Assembly (NCBI GenBank): GCA_025352125.1
Contig: JANXTZ010000081.1
Location: 34,297 to 98,296, forward strand
DNA length: 64,000 bases
Direction of reading: 5' to 3'
Source of the DNA: Deinococcales bacterium
GTDB taxonomy: Bacteria > Deinococcota > Deinococci > Deinococcales > JAAFIG01
Position 1 is the stretch's first letter. Each line of letters begins with the position of its first letter. Both the position numbers and the translations under genes were made by a program. A model generated the notes under the pieces. It was not told where the DNA came from, did not search any database, and saw nothing but the letters and a program-made list of their open reading frames with translations. Below are positions 57,824-64,000 of this stretch, piece by piece.

Positions 57824-57887
57824 AACATCACGGCGCTCGAACATCACAGCGCTCGAACATCACGGCGCTCAAACATCACGGCGCAGC
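57824..57887. repeat. 16-nt tandem repeat, 4 copies
   Basis: Copies are aacatcacggcgctcg / aacatcacagcgctcg / aacatcacggcgctca / aacatcacggcgcagc. Copies 3-4 overlap the last codons and the stop of the MFS gene. Confidence 0.85.
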
Positions 57888-59155
57888 TTGCCCGCCAAAA
57901 ACCAGGTTCCAACATACGCCATTGCACCGATCACAAACACAAGCTGGTAATTAAAGGCATCCGCCAGTTTTCCACCAAGCACTGGCATGAACACCGCAAT
58001 GCCGACCAAAGTGTTGACTGTACCGATATAACGCCCTCTGGCTTGGGGATTGGCGACACCCAAAATATGGTTGGCATTGCCAAGGTTCAGACCCGCCTGC
58101 GCGACAGCGGACAGCACAAACACCAGCGCGTACCAGTCGCCTGCGCCTTTGGGCATCAAAAGCGCCGTGACCAGTGCCGCGATGGAAAATCCAAGCGCGT
58201 AACGAATGATTCGCCTCGAGCCAAAATGGCTTGCCACCACCGACCAGACCCAATTCGAGAGCGGGGCGACAATGCCAACGACGATCAAAAAATTACCAAT
58301 GCTGGCTTTGGGCAGACCAATCACACGCAACGCATAAACTGTAAAGAACGGGTCAGCGAGGCTGGAGAGGGCAGTCGCAACGCGGTACATGACGTAAGCC
58401 CTGAAGCCAGGGTCGGACATGATCGTGTTTGGGATGGCTCTGACCTCATCCCTGAACCTCGAGGGGTCTTGCGGTGGGTCTGGTGGCTCAATGGTCAAGC
58501 CGTAGACGTTCCAGCCAAGCGTGAAGACCAGTGCGCCCAAGGCAAAAATAAGGGTGTAATCGAACGGAAAAACCAAACTCGAGGCGAGAATGCTTTTCAC
58601 CAGAAATCCTGCCAGCAACGCCAGCAGACCGCCCCAGAGGTTGCGAATCCCAAAAAACCTCGAGCGCTCGGCGGCAGGGATGGTTTTGGCAGCCACCTCG
58701 AACCAGGGCAGTCCACTGACGCCAGATGCCAGGGAATTGATCAACAAGCCCAGCAAGAACATCACCAGTAAAAGCGTGTGATTGTTAGAGAAAATCACGC
58801 TCGAGAGCACAATGAAAATCATGCTGGCAGTCCGAGCAAAAGCGGTTTTTTGATAGATGACTATTTTGCGCGGCAAATGCCTGATCTTGCTGGCGACCAA
58901 CAATTGCGGCAGCAACCAACCGCCAACGGTAATGGCGGGCAATGCCCCGATCACGCTGTTGCTCGCGCCCAAACTGGCGGCGAAACTCGAGAGGACAATG
59001 GATTGATTGAAAAAACCGTCACCCATCGACACAAACCAACCGTTCAAAACACCGTACAGGTAATTGCGATTCCAACCAAACAGACGCTCGAGTCTGACAA
59101 AAATTGACTCGAGCAGGTTTGAGGCAGGTTTCATGCCGAGATCATAACGCGCCAT
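57869..59155 (-). CDS. MFS transporter
   Basis: 12-TM-like hydropathy and MFS-like loops. Confidence 0.8.
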   Translation of the reverse strand: MARYDLGMKPASNLLESIFVRLERLFGWNRNYLYGVLNGWFVSMGDGFFNQSIVLSSFAASLGASNSVIGALPAITVGGWLLPQLLVASKIRHLPRKIVIYQKTAFARTASMIFIVLSSVIFSNNHTLLLVMFLLGLLINSLASGVSGLPWFEVAAKTIPAAERSRFFGIRNLWGGLLALLAGFLVKSILASSLVFPFDYTLIFALGALVFTLGWNVYGLTIEPPDPPQDPSRFRDEVRAIPNTIMSDPGFRAYVMYRVATALSSLADPFFTVYALRVIGLPKASIGNFLIVVGIVAPLSNWVWSVVASHFGSRRIIRYALGFSIAALVTALLMPKGAGDWYALVFVLSAVAQAGLNLGNANHILGVANPQARGRYIGTVNTLVGIAVFMPVLGGKLADAFNYQLVFVIGAMAYVGTWFLAGKLRRDV

Positions 59156-59239
59156 TTTGAGCGAATCTCTGAGCGAAGCCTTAAAGAACGGTCATTTTGC
59201 ACGCACACCCCAGAATGAACGCGGTATAGTTGTACGAAG

Positions 59240-59893
59240 ATGACTGCCGCTGACCCACGTCCAACTGTGCTGATTGTTGAGGATGACACCTCATTGCAAA
59301 GTGTGCTCGAGGCACTGCTCGGGCGAGATTATCGACTGAGCATTGTCGGTGATGGCAAAGAGGCACTGGAACATTTGCAGTGGGACACGCCAAACCTGGT
59401 CATTTTGGATGTCACGATACCGCACGTGGACGGTTTGGACATCTGCTCGAGAATCAAACGCATCAAACGCTTCCGCGACACCCGTGTGATCGTCATGACC
59501 GCCAGCATGGACGAGCGTACCCACGACGCGGCAAACCTTGCCAAAGCCGATGCTTTTGTCAGCAAACCCATTGTCAACGAACAATTTCGTCATTTGGTGC
59601 GCGAGTTATTAAACAAAGCCGACGCGCCAAAGTCATTCACCGATTCGGCTTTTACCGGCAGCCTCGCCGATGCCAGCGCAGACCGTACACCGCCAAGCTT
59701 GAGCAAAACAACCTCTGAAACGCTGATCGCAAAAAATCCCAGCGGGATCATCAAAGCCGAATTTGACGAGGCTGAATACGTGGCAAAACCTGTAGAGACC
59801 GCGAACGCCCATGCCAATTTGTTTGAAGAATGGGACGACTCGAGCAAGGATGACACCGGTCAAAACGCTTCCAAAAACAATTCCAACTTTTAA
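59240..59893 (+). CDS. response-regulator receiver protein with disordered C-terminal tail
   Basis: REC domain (VLIVEDD, phospho-acceptor in LVILDVTIP, SKP). No recognisable output domain. Confidence 0.85.
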   Translation: MTAADPRPTVLIVEDDTSLQSVLEALLGRDYRLSIVGDGKEALEHLQWDTPNLVILDVTIPHVDGLDICSRIKRIKRFRDTRVIVMTASMDERTHDAANLAKADAFVSKPIVNEQFRHLVRELLNKADAPKSFTDSAFTGSLADASADRTPPSLSKTTSETLIAKNPSGIIKAEFDEAEYVAKPVETANAHANLFEEWDDSSKDDTGQNASKNNSNF

Positions 59894-60510
59894 TGCCGCC
59901 CGAATTGCTGGGTTTGAGTTTGGGCTTGGCGGCAGGCATCAGCCCAGGACCGCTGCTCAGTCTGGTCATGCGTACCAGCCTCGAGCGTGGCTTTTGGGCG
60001 GGCGTTCGGGTGGCACTCTCACCGCTTTTGACCGACGCTCCAATCATTGCCCTGTGTTTGATGATTGTAAACGCTTTGCCTACCAGTTTTGCCGCCCTGC
60101 TGGGTTTGATCGGCGGGGCGTTCGTGATTTACCTTGGCATTGAAGGCATCAAAACCGCTGGGCATGCCAGCCTCGAGCAGCCTGAACCTGTCAAACAATC
60201 CCAAGATTTTTTGCGCGGCGCACTGGTCAACATTCTCAGTCCACACCCGTGGTTGTTCTGGCTTGGGATTGGCGCTCCGACCTTGCACAATGCCTACCAA
60301 ATGGGTGCAATACACGCCGTTGGGTTTTTATTCGGGTTTTTTAGCTTGCTGATCGGCATGAAAATCGGTCTGGCATTTTTAATCTCGAGCGGCAAACGGT
60401 TCTTAACCCCAAAATCTTACAAAGCCGCATTGTACTTCTCGAGCATTTTAATGTTTCTGGCAGGCTTTGTTTTGATGCTCGAGACGTTGCGTAACCTGTT
60501 TAACATCTGA
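59893..60510 (+). CDS. LysE/RhtB-family amino-acid exporter
   Basis: Six-TM protein of about 205 aa with the N-terminal GISPGP motif. Confidence 0.8.
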   Translation: MPPELLGLSLGLAAGISPGPLLSLVMRTSLERGFWAGVRVALSPLLTDAPIIALCLMIVNALPTSFAALLGLIGGAFVIYLGIEGIKTAGHASLEQPEPVKQSQDFLRGALVNILSPHPWLFWLGIGAPTLHNAYQMGAIHAVGFLFGFFSLLIGMKIGLAFLISSGKRFLTPKSYKAALYFSSILMFLAGFVLMLETLRNLFNI

Positions 60511-60530
60511 CTCGAGTTGTCCTTTTTGCC

Positions 60531-60574
60531 TGTGGATAAGCTGTGGACAAGTGCTGTGGATAACCTGTGGATAA
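60531..60574 (-). promoter_or_regulatory. cluster of four co-oriented DnaA boxes
   Basis: tgtggataa (60531), tgtggacaa (60542), tgtggataa (60555) and tgtggataa (60566). These are the reverse complement of TTATCCACA: three perfect, one with a single mismatch. Confidence 0.7.
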
Positions 60575-60575
60575 C

Positions 60576-60610
60576 AAAAAAAGCATCTCGAGTATTGAGG
60601 CTCGAGATGC
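60576..60610 (-). terminator. intrinsic terminator of bamA (also closes the convergent lysE-like gene)
   Basis: 10-bp perfect stem gcatctcgag / ctcgagatgc with an 8-nt loop. A7 on the plus strand gives U7 on the bamA transcript. Confidence 0.85.
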
Positions 60611-60638
60611 CAATTGCTATTTGCTATGCGCTATTTGC

Positions 60639-63287
60639 TTAGAACGGAAAGCCCAACCTGAAGTGAAACTTGCCACCTGGATTCCAGGGACTAAACGCGT
60701 AATCAAGTCGAATGGCGGGCAGTTGGAACGAACCAAAACCCAGATTGATCTGAACGCCCAAACCAAAACCAAATTGCAAACCCTCAGGAATGGCAACACC
60801 ACTGCGTGAAGCGCGGAACTCCACCCCAGGACCGCCGCCCCAAGCGTTACCGAAATCCAGGAAGGCAATGCCCAACAAACCGTAGGTGAACGAGGTTTGC
60901 AAACCGAAATCGTAACGAAGCTCGAGCGATCCCGTGTAAAACAACTGCCCACGAAGGTCGTTAAAATCGTAACCGCGCAGGGTGTAATCCTCAAGTTGCG
61001 AACTGCCACCGATGCGGAACAAACGGTTGGCGGGCGCATCACCGACAATAAAGCCCGTGTTGAACCTAAACGCGAGGGCGAATTTGCGATCATCGCCGAT
61101 GTTAAAATTACCGTTTTGATCCCAACCAAAACCCAAGTAGGTGCGGAAACCAACCGTGGTTTGCTCCCACGACAAAGGTTTTTCGGTGCCTGAACCAATG
61201 CCTGCCGTGCCAAAACCGTAACCGACTGTGCCAGTGACCAACACGCCTTGGGTTGGGAAATCTTGACGGTTTTTGGTGCTGAACTGACCCGCAACCTGGG
61301 TGAAAACCGTCAGGTTATCTGGTGCATTTACTTTGAGTACGTTTGGATCGACATTCACCTGGTCGGCTTGATATGGCAAGGTCGGATTTGTCGCGCCAGG
61401 CAATTTGGTGTCGTCTTTCTCGAGATAATTGGATTCGTAACTGAAATCAAAACTGACCCGAACACTAAAATTTTCACCGACCGGTCTTGACACGCTCAAT
61501 CCAAATCCTGTGGAACGCCCAGAGTACAATCGTGCCGAATTTTTGGTCGAATCTGTAACGACGTAATTTGGAATCGGGTTTCCCGCACTGACGCTGGTTG
61601 AAATGCTGAACGTCACCTCGGTGCGCGTCTGGCGGAAGTCCAGAAAGTCAATGTCCAACCACGGAATGGTGTATGACAAGCCACCCGAGAAATTTTGACC
61701 TGCATTGTTTGGACCACCCTGAATACCCAGGTTGATACGGTGATTCTGACCCCACAGGTTTTGCTCGGTGACGCTCAGTTGCCCCGCAAAACCATCCAGG
61801 GTGCTGTAGGTGATGCCAGGCACAATGTTGCCCGACGATCCCTCCTCGAGTCCCAAGACCAAAATGATCTCGTAAGGCTTGCTGGGATCAGGGATTTTCA
61901 CGCCCACCTGCAAATCTTTTAACAAACCCAGTTGTTGAATGCGTCCAAAACTGGCTCGCAACGCCGTGATGTTGAACAAACCACCCACTTTGGGCAATTC
62001 GCGGGTGATGACACGGTTGTCGGTACGGTGGTACCCGCGCCAGTTGATCTCAAAACCGATCAGCTTTTGTTCCTGAATACTCACGGTGTAAATGCCGTCG
62101 CTGAAACCAAATTTGGGTTCTGGCACAATCCCGTAACCCGCCTCCTGGTACACGTCGTTGATCGCCGAGAAGTCCTCTTCGGCAAGTTTGGGGTTGTAGG
62201 TATCACCAATTTTTTGCTTGAACCGCGCCAGCAAGACGCTGCTGGGTACAGCCGTGTTGCCCTGAATGTTGATGCTGGTGATTGGACCCGCCGCCGCATC
62301 CTCGAGCGTCAGGGTCACGATCAGGGTGTCCTCGCCTGCGGGTTCGATCTTGACCCCGATTTGCTTGTCACGACCTTTGGCGAGACGTCCAATGTCTTTT
62401 AAAAGCGTGTCGTAATTGAAAAAATCACCCGTTTTGAGGCTGAGTTCGTCTGGATTCACACCGAGCGCGGTGGCGTCAACGGCGGCAATCTTGTACTCGA
62501 TAATTCGAATGGTCAACACGCCGTCAACCAGTTTGCTGAGTTCAAAACTCGGACCGCTGTAACGGTAACCCAAGGCAGTGTATTTGGCTCGGACGGCTTG
62601 GGCGGCGCTTTGGTAGACATCGGCTTTGAACGCCCCACCGTCAACCATCGACTTGTACAACGCCTTGATGTCGGCGACGGGCACAAGGGTCGCGCCGACC
62701 ACCTCGACTGACTTGATGCTGGCGGATTCGGTGACGTTAAAGGTCACGGTTTGCTTGCCGTCTTTGATCTCACCAAGCTCGAGTTTGACTTCAGGCTCGA
62801 AGGGCAACACCTGACGGTAGGCTTGCCCAACGGCGGCGGCAGCCTCTTTGAGCTTGGTTTCGTTGATGGTCACCCCGATGCCAATGTTGAAGTTCTTATC
62901 CAGGAATTCGACCAGTTGCGCACTTGGCACAATCGCATTGCCGGTAAAGATCACCTCGCCGATGACGGGGTTGGATTCGACGGCAATCACCACCACATTG
63001 CGAGAATCCCGAACCTCAAGTGTGACCTTGACGGTTTTAAAGAACCCGAGCGCCAGCAACTGATTCTGAATCTCTTCGACTTTGACATTTTCAATTGGAT
63101 CACCGACAGAAATGTCGATGGTGACTTTGACCAGACCTTTGATCGTGTCGTCATCCGTGCCGGTCACGATGATCTCATCGATAGAACCTGTCGGCACGGG
63201 TTGGCTTTGAGCGAATGCCGTACCCAGGCTCGAGGTCAACCCGAACCAGCACAGCAAGAGGGCAGCGATATGACGGATTTTAGGCAT
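60639..63287 (-). CDS. bamA: outer-membrane protein assembly factor, Omp85/BamA family
   Basis: Signal peptide MPKIRHIAALLLCWFGLTSSLGTAFAQ after GGAGGA. Multiple POTRA-like repeats, a C-terminal D15 beta-barrel, and a terminal ...FRLGFPF. Confidence 0.85.
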   Translation of the reverse strand: MPKIRHIAALLLCWFGLTSSLGTAFAQSQPVPTGSIDEIIVTGTDDDTIKGLVKVTIDISVGDPIENVKVEEIQNQLLALGFFKTVKVTLEVRDSRNVVVIAVESNPVIGEVIFTGNAIVPSAQLVEFLDKNFNIGIGVTINETKLKEAAAAVGQAYRQVLPFEPEVKLELGEIKDGKQTVTFNVTESASIKSVEVVGATLVPVADIKALYKSMVDGGAFKADVYQSAAQAVRAKYTALGYRYSGPSFELSKLVDGVLTIRIIEYKIAAVDATALGVNPDELSLKTGDFFNYDTLLKDIGRLAKGRDKQIGVKIEPAGEDTLIVTLTLEDAAAGPITSINIQGNTAVPSSVLLARFKQKIGDTYNPKLAEEDFSAINDVYQEAGYGIVPEPKFGFSDGIYTVSIQEQKLIGFEINWRGYHRTDNRVITRELPKVGGLFNITALRASFGRIQQLGLLKDLQVGVKIPDPSKPYEIILVLGLEEGSSGNIVPGITYSTLDGFAGQLSVTEQNLWGQNHRINLGIQGGPNNAGQNFSGGLSYTIPWLDIDFLDFRQTRTEVTFSISTSVSAGNPIPNYVVTDSTKNSARLYSGRSTGFGLSVSRPVGENFSVRVSFDFSYESNYLEKDDTKLPGATNPTLPYQADQVNVDPNVLKVNAPDNLTVFTQVAGQFSTKNRQDFPTQGVLVTGTVGYGFGTAGIGSGTEKPLSWEQTTVGFRTYLGFGWDQNGNFNIGDDRKFALAFRFNTGFIVGDAPANRLFRIGGSSQLEDYTLRGYDFNDLRGQLFYTGSLELRYDFGLQTSFTYGLLGIAFLDFGNAWGGGPGVEFRASRSGVAIPEGLQFGFGLGVQINLGFGSFQLPAIRLDYAFSPWNPGGKFHFRLGFPF

Positions 63288-63689
63288 TGATTGACATCCT
63301 CCAACGTGTCGCGCCACAAAATCAATTCTGTGGTTCGCGTTGCTCGAGCGTCCCCGAGCGGGTACCATAAAACCATAAATACTGAGCGCATAAAACATTT
63401 TGTGAAATTGCTTGGATTCATCAAGTTCTTTACCGGTGAGATGTTTCCAAGTTTCCATTCACGGGTTCAGGCGAGAAGAATCAAAATCAATCCACTGGAA
63501 TTCCTTTAAAAGTGTCGCCCATTCCCGTATTGGAGCGGTGAAGCACCCGTGAGAACCCTGATTTGAAACTTAAGCAACCCTTAACCCTGTGCTGCTCGAG
63601 TTTTAGCAGTTTGATGTTAACTGGTTTTGTGATACAAAAGCGACTTTTGGCAATACAAGACGCCCTGCGCCTGGGCTAAGATGTGACCC

Positions 63690-64000
63690 ATGAGTGAAAT
63701 TGCCACCAGAATTGCCTCGAGTTTGCAGGCGGCTCGAGCCACCACAGACTTTGAACCCGAAATTGCCATCATCTTGGGATCGGGACTTGGACCGCTCGCC
63801 GAAGACATTGACACCAAAATGGGCGCGACCATCGCTTACGCCGACCTGCCAGGTTTTCCAGTGTCCACCGCGCCAGGACACGCCGGAAAAGCCGTGCTCG
63901 GAACGCTCGAGAATAAGCGCGTGATCGCCTTTCAGGGGCGGGTGCACCTGTACGAGGGTTACAACGCCAAAGAGGTCGTGATGCCTGTTTCCTTGGCACA
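63690..64000 (+). CDS. punA: purine nucleoside phosphorylase (PunA type), 3'-truncated by window edge
   Basis: My own translation from ATG 63690 gives MSEIATRIASSLQAARATTDFEPEIAIILGSGLGPLAEDIDTKMGATIAYADLPGFPVSTAPGHAGKAVLGTLENKRVIAFQGRVHLYEGY, the PNP family-2 signature. The ORF is open to the window end, so it is absent from the ORF track. Confidence 0.85.
   Translation, partial: MSEIATRIASSLQAARATTDFEPEIAIILGSGLGPLAEDIDTKMGATIAYADLPGFPVSTAPGHAGKAVLGTLENKRVIAFQGRVHLYEGYNAKEVVMPVSLA

Noticed and set aside
60531-60574. Calling the DnaA-box cluster the chromosomal origin (oriC)
   Set aside because: There is no dnaA or dnaN nearby and no clear AT-rich unwinding element. The site lies between convergent 3' ends. 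I report it as a DnaA-box cluster only.
1-64000. Search for CRISPR arrays, tRNA/rRNA genes, transposases, integrases and prophage genes
   Set aside because: I found no regularly spaced direct repeats with spacers, no tRNA-like T-arm consensus (GGTTCGAATCC-like) outside coding sequence, and no recombinase-like ORFs.

Overview
64-kb bacterial chromosomal window, moderate GC, densely coded on both strands. I call about 60 protein genes and found no rRNA, tRNA, CRISPR array, transposase or integrase. Recognisable content:
- xanthine dehydrogenase genes (xdhB, xdhC) with a BrnT/BrnA toxin-antitoxin cassette wedged between them
- a Rieske oxygenase followed by an amino-acid ABC transporter
- two sugar ABC systems, one ytfQRT-yjfF-like with a divergent LacI regulator
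- glycolate oxidase glcD-(methyltransferase)-glcE-glcF
- Bcp peroxiredoxin, a DinB-family protein and a low-GC type II restriction-modification pair
- a futalosine-pathway radical-SAM enzyme, a PAS-GGDEF cyclase and HrpB helicase
- RlmB, a TagA-like glycosyltransferase, BshC (bacillithiol) and a sensor kinase
- two tandem M50 (site-2 protease) paralogs, an MFS transporter, a REC protein, LysE, an Omp85/BamA protein and the start of a purine nucleoside phosphorylase

The gene content (bshC, mqn, DinB, Omp85) suggests a diderm outside the Proteobacteria, possibly Deinococcus-Thermus-like. I cannot assign the taxon from this window.

The dominant unexplained signal is at DNA level. The palindrome CTCGAG occurs roughly 8-10 times per kb by hand count, against about 0.25 per kb expected. 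It appears in all codon phases, on both strands, in intergenic DNA and in terminator stems. It is depleted in AT-richer, apparently acquired segments (the R-M genes, the BrnTA cassette, an islet at about 27.6-28.7 kb).

Other notable items:
- an AAA+(MoxR/AAA_5) / 922-aa LRV-repeat solenoid / HExxH-VWA three-gene operon of unknown function
- four phased DnaA boxes between convergent genes
- a REP-like nested palindromic repeat family at two loci
- a 17-bp perfect hairpin burying the rlmB start codon
- a 16-nt x4 tandem repeat at the 3' end of the MFS gene
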